Below are positions 31,901 through 44,600 of a DNA stretch of 64,000 nucleotides, piece by piece. A program made the translations under genes and the position numbers. This DNA is from Podarcis filfolensis. Lineage: Eukaryota. The stretch lies in the NCBI GenBank assembly GCA_964270895.1, contig OZ185438.1, one strand, 5' to 3'. The notes under the pieces are model-generated. The model ran no database searches and was not told the origin of the DNA. It saw only the letters and a list, made by a program, of their open reading frames with translations. Positions within the stretch are counted from its first letter, which is position 1; each line of letters starts with the position of its first letter.

Positions 31901-34900
31901 TGAGGCAAAGAGGATGCTCATGCCTCGCGCGGCTGCCTTCATGAACTCCACATTGACCCGCTCCATGTACGCCCGGGACAGGCTGTCCTCGTCGTCACCG
32001 TAGCTGACCGTGTGCACCCAGGGCAGGGCAGACATGTTGCTGAGCACAAGCAGCCACTGCAGGAAAGGCTCCTGGCTCTCATGCCTCCCTGGGGGAGGCG
32101 AGGGGAGAAGGAATATCAGCAGGGCCCACGGGGAGCCGACCTTGCACAGGAAACAGGGAGAGGTGGGGTGGGGGGCAAGCTCCTGCCTCCAAAATGCCTG
32201 CCTCATCCTGGAATGGGTGAGAGGGAGAGGGTGCAGAGCCCGCCCGCCTCCCAGAATCTTCCAGTATAGCACTCAGCCCCGACTGGTCCCAGGATGAGGG
32301 TGGCGCAGAGAAAGCAGCCAGGCAGCCACATCACAGGGGGTCCCTGCCCCATCCCACTTCCCAGGTCCCCTGGGAGAGGCAAGAGAGAGGTTGGAGCCCT
32401 TCCCTTGGGGGGCTAAGGAAGACGGGGAGCCACGCGTGCTGCTGGTCAGTACCACCGTTGCTGAAGACCCAGGTGGAGATGTTGGCCCCGGAGCTCATGA
32501 TGTACTCCACGTCCAGGCTGGCTTCCAGGCCGGCCTTGCCCCAGCCCTGGCGCCCGACCACCTGGTCCACGCGCAGATGGTGAGGGAAGCTCTTCCCAAA
32601 GAGACCCATGAACTCCGCCAGGTCCGCTTGGTGGAAGTACTGCTCCAGGAACTGGAGGGGAAGGAGAAGAGGCAGGCGTGGGGCACCCAGAGCCAGCACA
32701 CCTCCTTGCCAGGGGCACCCCAGAGGGCGGCTGGGCGGCTGGGCTGAGAGCAGCTGGCCCAGGACACGGAGGGAATGGAGAGGCTGCCAGGGGGCGCCCC
32801 CCAGTTACCTGGGCACAGGCCTGGCTGTTGTTGCGGGAGCTGCCCACGTCCTTGTCAGTCAGGTTGTACCGCTGGCGGATCACGGCTGGCGTCACCCCCA
32901 GGTGAAAGGTGGAGAGCAGCGCTTTCCCGGCAGTCCAGGCCCTGCTCACTGCCTTCCTCTCAGCAGGGAAGCGGTGAAGACCCCCCACTGAGAATTGGGA
33001 GGAGGAGAAGAATCAGCAGAGGATGTAGTTATCCTGGGGCAGAAGGAAGGGGGCACCTAAAGCAGACTTTGCTCAGCCCAAGGCTCAAGGCTAACCAGGG
33101 GCGGGGGGGGGGGGGAGAGAGATCTGCTCAGTCAGGCCCGCCCTCCCTTCACCACCACCCACTTCTTGGCAGGCTGAAGAGAAGATCAGCTCCCCAACGC
33201 CTATGGTGGGAAGATATTTGCCTATTTCCAGGGCTAGACACTCCCCCCCCCGGACGTTCCCTGGCAGTCTGGGCTCATGCACAGGGGACAGAGCGTCCCC
33301 TGCTGCCGCTCCCCGTTTCCCCAAGGCTTCCGTACCAAAATCCAGGTGCTCCGCCAGCTCTTCTGCTAAGGTGTAGGCAAAGGGGGACCTCACGACGCTT
33401 CGCTCCCCGCTGACATAGCGCTGGAACTGTGCCCCCGGGAGGAGCTGCTCTGCCGTGCTGCATGGAGAAGCCTCGGGTCAGGGTCAGCTGTGGGGGGAGC
33501 TCAGGGTGCCTTCTGTGCCCTCCCCTTGCCCCAAGAGCCCCCACGTCCCAACTCACCCGGCTGGCACCTGGCACTGCAAGAAGTCCTTGGTGCCCACCTC
33601 TGTGCAGTCCCAGATCCCATGAGCCTCCAGCCACTTGCGAACGGCATTCAGCGTCTGCGGGGAGGGGGCGACCAGGGCCTGCACCTCCGCTAGAGACAGG
33701 AACCGGCCTGCGAGACAAAGGGGAGCGTGGAGGGAGGGAAGGAGACTTCTGGTGGCCCACCTACCTCAGAGGGTCTCCCTCCACCCCCCCCGACTGTCAG
33801 GGGAGCTGGGCAGCCAAGCAAGAGCACAGTCTTCCATCGCTGGTTGCCAGTGACTACTCGGTCTGCCCGCTTCCTGTTGAAGGTGCCACTTCTGGTCCCC
33901 CTTGACTGACAGGCCTCCCCTGAGAGCCCTGGGAGCAGCAGCAGCCTAGGAATGGGGCTGAGAGCTCTGCTAGGGACTCCTAGGCTAGCAACTCCCCCCT
34001 CTCAGGAAAAAGAGTGCCCTCAGGACACAGGAAAACCACCAAGATGGTCCTGTGGTGTAAAGACGTCCTTGGAGTTGGGAAGAGGAAATCTGCCTGCCTT
34101 CCTCCCGCAAACCCTACGAGCTGCTCCTCCTCCCAGGGAGCCACCAGAGCGCCAAAGATTGTGCAAGAGAAGCTGAGCAGGAAGTCCCCAGGGCCACAAA
34201 CTCCTTGCGGCTGCAATCCTTGCGCACAGGACCATGTCCCGCTGCGCTCAGTAGGACTCACTGCCTGGGAGACATTCCGAGGGCTGCCAGCCTCGGCCTC
34301 CAAAGGGCTGCAAGGGAGCCCAGGAACAGTATGTCCCTACCTTAGAAGACCCTTCTAAGGAGAACCCTGTGCAGTCTGCCAAGGACACATGAAACGTGCC
34401 CCTGAGCCACAAGGAGGCCGGCTCTCCTGGCTGCACTGAGAGATCAGGGAAGCCCCAGCAGGAGGGGCAGAAGCAGGGGGCAGAGAGAGGAGGGGGGGCA
34501 TTACCATACTCTGGAGAGTCTGGAGAGGAGACCCGCTGCACCAGCTCCTCCAGTCGCCCCACATTCTGCTGCCGGAGGGCGAAGGTTAGGCTCAGCGCCT
34601 CCGAAGCAGCCACTCGACCCAGACAGCTCCATCCCTCCGGGATCCTGCGAAAGAGACACGGCTGTCACAGGTGGCACCAAGCTGGCAGAGAGCGGTGTGT
34701 GGGCAGCGGAGGCACGAGCAGTGCCCAAGTCTGGCAGCGCCAGCCAAATCTAGCTTTTTCCCCAGAAGAACCGGGAATTAACACCCTGCACCCATTTCAC
34801 AGAAAAGGAGACCGATGGGATGCGGCAAGCTCAGCTGGCCAGGCCAAAGGGGGCTTCCGTCCCCCAACCAGACCCACCCCCTAATAATAGTAACATTAGT

Positions 34901-35477
34901 ATTGATAGCCCACCCATCTGGGGGCGGGTCCTTCCTGCCAGCCGGACCCCAACCTCCGACGGGCCGACGGGCGCCTGGGGTCGGCGGCTGCCCATCTCCG
35001 CGGTCGGCCTCCCTCGGTCGAGCCCCGGCTGGGAGACGCCTCCTTCGCGGGAGACGCGCGGCGAGCAAGCCCCGAGGGGCCCAAGCGCCCGTCGCTCGCC
35101 GCGCTCCTCCTGCTGCCCCGACGGCGCCCTCCGCCCCAGGCCCGGCCGGGGCCGCGCTAGCAAAGCAGCCCACCGCGGCGAGAGGCGGCCCGGCCCCGCC
35201 ACAGCCTCTTCCCCGCCGCCCGGCCCCGCTGCGGCCGCTTACTGGAAAAGCTGGTCCGGCTCCGGAGCCCACCCGAAGGCGGCGGCGTCCAAGCGGAGCA
35301 AGGCGGGCAGCTGGAGCAGCGCCAGCAGGAGGCACCTGCGCGGGAGAAACGGGAGAAACGGGAGGGGTGTCAGGCAGCGGAGCGGGAAGCGTCTGCCGGG
35401 GGGGCTTCCTCCTTCCCCCCACCCCCCGCGCCCCCCGCGCCCCCCGCGCCCCGGTACCGGCAGTCCAGCAGCCCCAT
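28951..35477 (-). CDS. TPP1: Tripeptidyl-peptidase 1 (CLN2, sedolisin S53), 573 aa. Exons 35477-35458, 35335-35243, 34644-34505, 33707-33557, 33457-33336, 32987-32809, 32651-32453, 32088-31900, 30681-30609, 30148-30028, 29678-29520, 29412-29275, 29088-28951
   Basis: Signal peptide, prodomain, EASLDVEY (catalytic Glu/Asp), SGDSGAG (oxyanion Asp), VSGTSAS (catalytic Ser) and [11 protein letters not shown]; 13 exons, 1722 nt open. Confidence 0.97.
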
Positions 35478-35518
35478 CGCAGCGCAGCCCGTCGCTCGAG
35501 GCAGGAGCCCAGAACTGA

Positions 35519-35576
35519 GTCACGTGAGAAGCTGCCCGTCACATGATTGCGGGGGAAGACATCCAGATCACGTGGC
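35519..35576. promoter_or_regulatory. Three CLEAR-like E-boxes (GTCACGTGAG 35519-35528, GTCACATGAT 35538-35547, ATCACGTGGC 35567-35576) in the TPP1 promoter
   Basis: Close matches to the TFEB/MITF CLEAR consensus GTCACGTGAC, 42-99 bp upstream of the ATG of a lysosomal gene. Confidence 0.75.
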
Positions 35577-36643
35577 TCGCCCGCTGGGCTGCTTTGAGCG
35601 GGCTGCACTCTGTGCGTGCTCAGAGGCCACACTCTGGCCGCCGGAACCGACGCCGGGGCGGGCGAGAGGGGGCGCCTGTGAACCCCCCAAGCCTCGCCCG
35701 CTGGGACGCGAGGACGGGGCTCATTAAAAAGAAAGGAAAGCGCGAAATGTTAGGAGGGGCTTTCCAGGAAATCTGCCAGTCGGGAAAGGAATAAATCCAG
35801 CAGCCCTTTTGATGGCCCTCTCTAAAGCATTCGCCGGGTCCGAGCTCGGGCGCCTTTTCTGTCCGGGGCTGCCTGCGCTGGAAGCGGCAACGCTCGCCCT
35901 CGGGATCCTGACGGGGAGAAAGGCGACGAGACACCACCTTCCCCGCCACAGTTGCGCCGCACGTGGGCAGGGGCTCATTTGGGCACCCGCCAGGGCCACA
36001 CCGAAGGCCCGCGAGATGCCCAGCTGCGGTTTGAGGGCTATTGCGTGACTAACTTTGCTTTTTAGCACGCATTAGAAGTGTGTGGGGATCAGAAGGGGGT
36101 GAGATGAAATGGTCCCCTGCAGGAGCTGTCGCAGTGCTGCCAGGGGCACCTGCCCATCGTTCGCATCCCCACCACATCTCTTGGGAAAGACAGAGGAGCC
36201 CTCGCCTCGTCTGCAGGCCCGGCAGAGAGTGGTCTGCTGCTCTTCCTTCCAAAGCATCGCCTCCTGCGGAGGAAACACAGGTCCGTGGGGGAAATCAAGT
36301 GCTTTGTGGAAGGGGGACTGGCATTGGTTGGCACTGGCATCCGTTTCAAGGCTGGAGCCCAGATGCAGGTTAGAACCACAGCCTCAAAGGATGAACACTC
36401 CCCCCCAGGAGCCCTCCTGCTTCACACCAGTCTCTCAAGTTGCGTTGGTGGGAGGGACCTGCACAGGAAGAGCCCGGCAGCTGAGCAAGACCAAAGGCCC
36501 GTCTGGTGCAGCTCCCTGTTCTCTGCATGGCCAGCCAGACGTCTCTGGGGAACCTGCAAGGGGGACCTGTGCTGTTCCCAGCAACTGGTGTTCAGGGGCA
36601 TCCCAACACCGGACTTAGAAGTCGTGTTAGAACGTAGCGTTGT

Positions 36644-36906
36644 GGGACACAGGTGGCCCTGTGGTCTAAACTACTGAGCCTCTTGGGTTTGCTGATCAGA
36701 AGGTCAGCGGTTCAAATCCGCGCAGCAGAGTGTGTTCCTGTTGCTCTGTCCCAGCTTCTGCCAACCTAGCAGTTTGAAAGCATACCAGTGAGAGGAGATA
36801 AATAGGAGCTGCTGCGCCGGGAAGGTCAATGGTGCTCTGGCACTCGTCATGGTCCTCCATGCTCCAGTAGTGGTTTAGTCATGCTGCCCACACGACCCAG
36901 AAAGCG
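36644..36906 (+). mobile_element. Sauria-type SINE, 3'-truncated
   Basis: gggacac.ggtggc.ctgtggtctaaac.actgagcctcttggg.ttgctgatcagaaggtcagcggttc.aatcc...ccaacctagcagttt.gaaagca. Confidence 0.8.
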
Positions 36907-38262
36907 CCACACCCCTTAGCTGAATTTGACTGGACTTAACCACCATCCAGGGCTCCTTTACCTTTACCTACAATGCATGGGCTCCTTGCATTCAAGATGG
37001 AGGGCCAGGAAAGGGACTGATCGCTGCTCAGGATGCCAGAGATCTTCTGCCAGTCAGACAGCCCTGGGCTGCAAGGGCCAGCAATCTGATCCGGCCAAAA
37101 GCAGGGCTCACCTGCACCTCACACCTCAGAACACCCTGCTTGGTCACAGGCTACTGCTAGACACATTGCAGCTCTCCGAGCACTGAGAAGCAGGGGCTGC
37201 CCACCCCCACCCCAGGTGCACCTGTGTGGTTTGGAGTTTCCGTCACACGCGAAAGAGGCACACCTTCCTCTGACGCCCGAGGTGCCTCTCACCAGGAGCC
37301 ACCTTCTTCCTGTGACTAATTTGTTTTGAAGTGCTCTTAAGGTTGCTTATTAAATTGTCGCAAGCTGTGACCTGATGGTGAAATAAGAACAACTCCTCCA
37401 GGGACGCATCATGCATCCCGGCTGCTTCCTTCCGAAGGAAGTCCTTGGAGGCTTTTGACGTTGATGAAACACAAAGTGATCCTGGCTGCAGGGTCAGAGG
37501 AACAGCCTGTCCCGTCAAGCATCCTCTTCTCACACCAGGGGAAGCCTGGAGGCAGGACGTGAGCGCAGAAGCAAGGCTCTTCCTTCTCCATTTGGAGAGG
37601 GGAGGCTGTGGCCCCCCAGAGGCCACAGGGCCCAGCACACAGGCTGCGCATGAGTGGAAGGGCCAGGAGATGCTGCTTCCCTGCGGAGCTTCCAGGGCGA
37701 GCCCTGGAGGATTCTTGCAGAGAGAGGTGCAGCCTTCCATGTGTCCCATTCTCAACTCAGTCTAAATGCTGCAGCTTCTTTGAAAGCAGCTTGATGACAT
37801 CATTTCCCAGTGGACACTGAGGAAGGAAAGACAAAAGACGTGGTCCCTTTTCCCTACCCCTAGCTGTTTGCTTCCGAGGCAACACATTGTGCCAACTTAC
37901 ACAACAAAGAAGAACCGTAGCAAACTAGGCCAGTTGACTTGAAATCAGTCCCTCGCCTGACCCAGGAGGCTCTCCTCCTTCTGTTCTTGTTCGACTGGTC
38001 TTTTGCCCACACAAGTGAGAGCAGGGACGACAGGAAGGGCGAGGAGGCCTCCCGACAGCGCAGGGATCAGAAAGGCGTTTGCCCAAATGTCTTCACCCGT
38101 GGGCAGACTTGGGTTTTAGCGAATGTAAGGCAGAAGAGAGATGCAGATAAAGGTGACACACACCTGATAGCTAACTCTTTCTTGGCAAGAGAGATCAACA
38201 GCAGCTTCCGCGGTGTTCTGGATAAACGTGCTCACACACTTCCAGGCTCCAGGCCGTGGCCC

Positions 38263-38442
38263 CAGTGGCGTAGCGTGGGGGGTGCAGGGGGGGCCGGCCG
38301 CACCGGGCGCAACATCTGGGGTTAGGGCAAATCCACGGGTTAGGGGGCGCAAATCCACGGGTTAGGGGGCGCAAATCCATGGGTTAGGGGGCGCAAATTA
38401 CTTGCCTTGCCCCGGGTGCTGACAACCCACGCTACGCCACTG
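38263..38442. mobile_element. hAT-type MITE, 180 bp
   Basis: Perfect 17-bp TIRs (CAGTGGCGTAGCGTGGG / CCCACGCTACGCCACTG) and perfect 8-bp TSD CGTGGCCC (38255-38262 and 38443-38450). Confidence 0.9.
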
Positions 38443-39694
38443 CGTGGCCCACAGGTCTGGGCCCCATGGAGCACTTGCAGCAACAGTGGGGCTGGACCTC
38501 AGACGGCCATCCAGCCTCTCTTTAAGAACTTCAACCTTCCTCTCGCGGGAATCGCTTCCACTGCTGAACAGCTCTGACTGTCGGAAGTTTTTCCGAGTGT
38601 TTAGTGGGAGCAACCCGGTTCCTCCGCTCCCTCGGGTGCCCTCCAGCCGCTCGCCCCCGAACTGCCGACAAAGGCTCGTGCCCGGGGCAAGCGCTGAGGG
38701 GAGCCTCCGCCCCAAGCCCCTTCCCAGCTGGCGCGCCTGCCCCGCGGGCTCCCCCTCACCTCCTGGAGGGCTGCGAGAGGCGGCGCGCTCGGCTGGGTTC
38801 GGGGGCTCCAGAGGGGCGCGGAGCTGCCGAGTGGGAAGGGATTCCCCAGGTCATTTAGTCCACCCCGTCAGGCAAGACTCGCCGCTCAAGCGTCCAGGTT
38901 CACCCGGAGTTCACGTCTTCGGGCCGCTCTGGCTAATCCTGCCAATTGGCCGCCGCGGGGAGCTGAGCCGCCTGATTAGGCGCATCTGCTTCGGGGCTTA
39001 GGCTAAGCGGATGAAGCCCCCAAAGCTGAGCGCGCGACGGGGCGGGAGCCGGGACCAGGCGCGAGCGAGGGTGGCGCGGGTCGGGAAAGCCCCCGTCCGC
39101 CGTCCTGTCAGGGCCTCCGGAAGCAGCCCCGACGCCGACCCCCTTCGCCCGCTGCGCCGGCCGGGGCTTTCCTCGCCGCCGCCGCCGCCGCAGGTCTGGG
39201 CGTAGAATGGGGCAGCCCCAGCAAACTGCACTTGGGGGGAGAGAGGGGTGCTGGAGGGAACAGCCGTCCAGGAGGAAGAGCGGCTGCTCTCGCCCCTTCG
39301 TCGCCTGGGCAGCCACGGAAGCCCCGTCGGGGGCGGTCGGGGGCTACGAGCCGCCACGACTGTGCCTCGACTCTGCAGCTAGAGGCAGCCCCGCTTCTGC
39401 CGGCCCGTGGCTGGAAGCACAGGAGGGGCGAAGGCTCTTGGCTCGGATCCTGCTTGCCGGCTTCTCTTGGGGGCGTCTGGTCGGCCGCTGTGAGGACAGG
39501 CTGTCCGACGAGATGAGCCTTTGGCCTGATCCTGGACCCGAAAGCTCTTCCGAGGGTTTTCTGGCCCATTAAGCTGCCACCCACAAAAGGGTCCTCCCGC
39601 CCCCCTAAGCGGTTGCCTTGCGGGTGCGGGGCCCCGTCTCATCCCCTCAGCCCCGCCCCCGCCAAGAAGACCAGTCCTTACAAACACGGTGTGG

Positions 39695-39700
39695 TTTATT
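39695..39700 (-). terminator. Probable DCHS1 polyadenylation signal AATAAA
   Basis: tttatt about 2 kb past the DCHS1 stop. Confidence 0.6.
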
Positions 39701-40896
39701 AAGGCATTACTTCAAAAAGTTGGCACTTGGATCTGGTCCCTGCTCAAAAGGAGGGCCGGGGGGGGGCGGGCGGGGCACCCGGGACTTATCATGCTGCGGA
39801 TGCTCAGCAATACAAAAAGATACAAAATGCTGGAAATAGGAAACAGATTACAATAAATAAACAGAGTCTGCCAGGCTGGGCTGCAGTCAGGGCAGAGGCG
39901 ATGCCAGAGAGGGAGGCTTCAGGACGGGCCTCATGGGGTTAAATGGGCGTGGGAGGGGGAAGGAGGGCCACCGTCCTCGCCCGCTCAGCTGGGGTCCATC
40001 GTGCTTGTCCCTCAGAAAGGCCTGGCCCCAGGGTCTTGTGCATGCAGGCAGCAATTCTGCTGGTAGAGCTTTTCCCGGCCTGGAGAGGAAGTGCCCTTGG
40101 CCACCCCAGCCCCACCCCCTGCGCAGGAACCTTCTGGGAAGCCTGTGGCAAAGAGCAAACTGCCCCTGCCCTGATGGGGGGGGGTGTCTCTGCCATGCGT
40201 CCCAGGCTTCTTCAGCATCCTGCCGGAAGCACCAGTCCACCCTTCCCATCGGCAGCTTTCAAGCCCCTGTGGCCCCTCAGGCTCCTTGTCATGTTGGAGC
40301 TGAACTCTTCCCCTCCTGACATGCTAGCTTTCTATCTGCAGGGCATCTGGCCAGACGCGATCCCTCTTGCCAGCACTGGCAGGGAAGGGGGGAGCAGCTG
40401 CTTGGCATGCAGAAGATCCTGGGTACAAAACTTGGCTGCCTCTCCAGAGAGGCCTGGGAAGTTCCATGCCTAGGCAGCTGCTACCAGCCAGAGCTGGATG
40501 GGTTCAGGAGACGGCCCCTTCCTCCGCTTGCCCTTATTCTCATGTATGTGCCTGTGGGCGGGATGGGGGTGGACAGACAGAGGTGTTTAATTATTGCTAC
40601 TGCAGTGCCATTCACTCCCCTCACTAAAAAAGGAAGCCAAGGGAGGAGCACTTGGTTATTGCAAGTCTGTGCTGAGGGTGGGGAAGGTATTGCTCTGAAG
40701 TTGTGGGGAGTCTGGGGTCCCCTGCTTCAGTCTCAGACAAAGAGCAACGTGGACAAGAAGGGCATTGGTGCTGTATCACCCCACGACCCATGGCCCCCAC
40801 ACCCAGTGCCAAGCTGTCAGAGTACTGCCCTTCCTGGCAGCACCCAGTGTGAGCGAGCAAAGTGAAGGTGCCCTCTTCCTAGGTTAAGATTTGCTT

Positions 40897-41084
40897 GTGT
40901 GTGTGTGTGTGTGTTGGGCGGGGGAAACCAGCCCCCCAAGGCATGCATATGCCAGTGCAAAGCAAGCAGTGGGAGGAGGGCACAGGGCCCCCAGGCACGG
41001 AAGGGGAGCTGGTGGCATCATGTGGGACTTTGAAGGGCACAAGTTGCACCTACCTTGGCCCAGAGAGAGAGAGAGAGAGAGAGA
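40897..41084. repeat. (GT)n (about 40897-40913) and (GA)n (about 41061-41084) microsatellites in the predicted DCHS1 3'UTR
   Basis: Visible dinucleotide runs. Confidence 0.8.
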
Positions 41085-41696
41085 CAGAAACACACACATG
41101 CTTTGGTCAGGCAAAGAGGCCCCTCCACGCTGGCTGCCCCCTTTGCTGCTGTGGGGTGCCTTTGAGTCCCATTGCAATTGGAGCAGCAGCATCTCATGGG
41201 TCTGGAGGGGGCAGTGACAGCCCTGAGGCCATGGGGGCTTCAGCCAGACACCCCTTCAGCAGACCCAGCCCAGCCAGCTCTGTGTGCAGGGGGGAGCAGT
41301 GCCCCGTGGGGTGGGGGTGGAACAATACTGAGAAGGTGGTGTGTGTCTTCCTGTGAGTAGCGTCTGTACATGGGGTGGGGGCAGTGGAAGGACAGCAGTG
41401 GGATCTGCCACAGGGCAGTGGTCCTTGTGCCACGCATGGAATGCCCCCTGGGAGCGCAGCCCATCTCCTGCCACCGCTTTGGCCAGCCAGTTGCCTGGAG
41501 AGGGACGCATTCTGCCCTCACAGCATCCCTTTGCACCGAGGAAGAGGTGAGGACGGTGACGCCGGGGCAGCTTCTGCAACCCACGACTCTCCTGCAGGCA
41601 GATGCAGGAGGCAGCCTGGCAAAGTCCCACAGTCTCGGCTCCAGGAGCGGGAGGGGGGGGCTTGTGCTCAGTCAACACCCTTTGCAGAGTCCCAAG

Positions 41697-44600
41697 CTAG
41701 ATGCGGAGCTCGGCCTCCTCCGAGGCCTCCAGGGAATGCTCGGTGCTGATGGCGGACGCCGAGGGCCCCTGGGAGACCCCGAAGGGAGAGACCATGGGGG
41801 AGCGCGCGGCCAGTGGGGAGAGCGAGGGGGAGAAGCTGGGGGACATGGCGGCCGAGGAGAGGGAGCCCTCGTGGCTGATGGGGGAGCGTCGCAGAGAGGA
41901 GGAGGAGGCGGTGGCCAGGTGGGGGAAGGCCCGCCCCACGGCCGGCTTGGGGGGCACGGACTTGGCGCCCGGGTGCGCCACGGAGGTGATGAGTGGAGGT
42001 GGGTCGATGCGGGGCTTGGGCTTGGTGGGGAAGGGCTTGCGCAGGGAACTCTCGTCCTTCAGGCGGGCGATTTCTGTGAAGACGCTGGCCAGGGGCTGGA
42101 ACTGGGGGCACCAGTTGAGGAGGTAGTCCCAGTTGTAGCTGCCGCGAAGCTCCTCATCACTGGCCACAATGGCCGTCAGGGAGCCGTCCACGCACGGCTT
42201 CCCGTCCTCCGGAAAAGAGTAGTCTTTGGGGGCGGAGGAGACGCTGAGCCCACAGCCGGCCCCCAGGTAGGGGCCGCTGCTGCCCCCGTCATCCCGGTAG
42301 AGCTGGGGGGGCTGGCCGGGAAGCAGCAGGCCACCAGGCCCCTTCCGGTTCTTGAACCAGTGAGCCGCATCCAGGGTGGCGGGCTCGCAGGAGACGTCCG
42401 AGAGGCGGTCCGCGTCCGTCTGGATGCCGGAGTCGGGTCCGCGAGCCACCAGGTGCTCCTGCAGGGAGGAGGTGACGCTGGACATGCGGGGACACTCATT
42501 GATCATGCGGATTTCGTCGTCCTCGGCCGCCTCGGCGGAACCTCGCCCGCTGGAGTGGGAAGGGTCCAGAGACCCACCCCGGGTGTAGGGGCCGGCCGGT
42601 TCCGTGCCATAGCCGGGCAGCGCCTCGTGGTAGAGGCAGTCTCCGCCTGGCAGAGTCGGCTCGCCGTGGCCCAGCTTCTGCAAGGAGCCACTCTGCACAT
42701 GGGCCAGATCCACCTCCTTGGGGCCCCGGCTCTGCCGCGAGCGGACCAGGGCCAGCACAATGGCCACGGTGGCCAGCACCACCACCACGCCCAGAGAGGC
42801 AGCTACGGCAACCACCAGCAGCAGGTTGAGGTCAGGCACCAGGCCGAAGGAGGTGTGCGTCACGTCCACGGTGACCTGGGCGGAGGCCGAGCGCGAGGCG
42901 GGCAAGGGGCTGTGGGCCTGCACCTCCAGCACCATTTCCCGGGGCTCTTGCTTGGGAGGCCCCCCCGAGGGCGCCTGGCTGTCCACGCGCAGGTAGATGG
43001 CGCCACTGGTTTGGTTGATTCCGAAGAAGGGAGACGGCTTGAGCAGCGTGTAGAGCACCACACCGTCAGGGCCCTCGTCCTCGTCCGTGGCCACCACGGA
43101 CCCAATGCTCTGCCCCCGCTGGGCACCCTCGGGGACCTCGAAGCTGAAGGCTGGGCTGAGGAACACGGGGTCATACTCGTCCTCCCCGGTCACCAGAACA
43201 CGTACGGTGGCTGTGGCCGATGTGTTGCCAACATCCGTGGCCTGCACCCGCAGCTGGACGGCCTTTGTGCGCTCAAAGTCAAAGGGCTGCAGCGCATGCA
43301 GCTCCCCGGAGCTGCTGTTGATGGCGAAGGCCTCCCCGCCCTCAGATGGCAGGAGGGCATAGCGCAACTGCCCAAAGGCTCCCACGTCCAGGTCCACGGC
43401 CCGCACCGTGGTGACCAGGCTCCCTGGCGGCAGGTTCTCCCGCAGGCTGCAGCTCAGCACCTCCAGGGGGAAGTAGGGGAGGTTGTCATTGACGTCCTTC
43501 ACCTCCACGGTGATGGACGCTAGGGCAAAGTGGCCGCCTGCTCCGTCCGAGGCCCGCACCACCAGGGTGTGCAGGGCCTGGGCCTCGCAGTCCAGCGCCT
43601 TTGCCAGGCGCAGTGCCCCTGTGGACGGGTGCAGCTGGAAGAGCCCGCCGGGGTCCCCGGAGCTGATGCTGTAGCGGACCTGGCCGTGGGCCCCCGAGTC
43701 AGGGTCCTGGGCTGCCACGCGCAGCAGCTCTGCCCCGGGCACGGTGCCCTCACTCACGGCCACGTGGTAGGCAGAGCGTCCAAACACCGGGGGGTTGTCG
43801 TTGACGTCCAGCACAGTGAGCAGCACAGGCACCACGGCGCTGTGCTGAGGCACTCCCCGGTCTGACACGGCCACCGTCAGGTTGTAGATGGCCACGGCCT
43901 CAAAGTCGAGGGGCTCCACCAGCACCAGGGCACTGGCGCCCCCGGAACGGCCCTCCAGCTGGAAGGCGTGGCCGCTGTTCCCGCTGACAATGGTGTAGTC
44001 GAGCGCCGCGTTCTCCCGTGTCACGTCGGCATCTGTGGCTTCCAGGGTGAGCAGGGTGGTCCCCGGGTGCAGGTCCTCCGACACGCAGGCGTTGTAGTGC
44101 GGCTTCAGGAACTGAGGCCCGTGGTCGTTCACGTCCAGCACTTGGATCTGCACCGTGGTCCAGGCCGAAAGGCTGGGCGTGCCCCGGTCGCGGGCCTCCA
44201 CTAGGATGTCCAGTGTGGAGCGCCCCGGATCCAGCACCAGGAGCTGCGTGGTGAACAAGGTCCCTGGGAGGGCAGAGAAAGGGCAGTGAGGAGGAATAGG
44301 AGGAGAAAGAGAAGAGGAGGAGGAGGAGGATGGAGAGAAAGAGGAGGGAGAACATCACAGAGGACAAAGAAGAGGAGAAGGAAGAGCTCAGCCAAAGTCC
44401 CGTCCCCCCCAGAATTGCCCCTGCCCCTCCAACGCATCTCACAGGGGCCTCCTCCCACGGCTGCCTTCATACCGTTGGTCCGGTGGATGGAGACCAAGTG
44501 GCTTGGCCTGGCCAGCTGGTAGGTGACCTCCCCGTTGGCGCCCGAGTCCAGGTCTGTGGCGCTGAGGGTCAGGATGGGGCTGCCGGCTCGGGTGTGTTCT

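Noticed and set aside
37243-38250. Minus-strand ORFs and TM-like peptide upstream of TPP1
   Set aside because: No start-to-stop exon chain with consistent splice sites and no recognisable homology.
38319-38400. CRISPR-like or true interstitial telomere array
   Set aside because: No unique spacers, not a pure (TTAGGG)n tract, and it sits inside a MITE in a vertebrate genome.
41370-43523. 717-aa + strand ORF (also 48253-49218 and 54345-55403)
   Set aside because: Antisense mirrors of GC3-rich DCHS1 exons.
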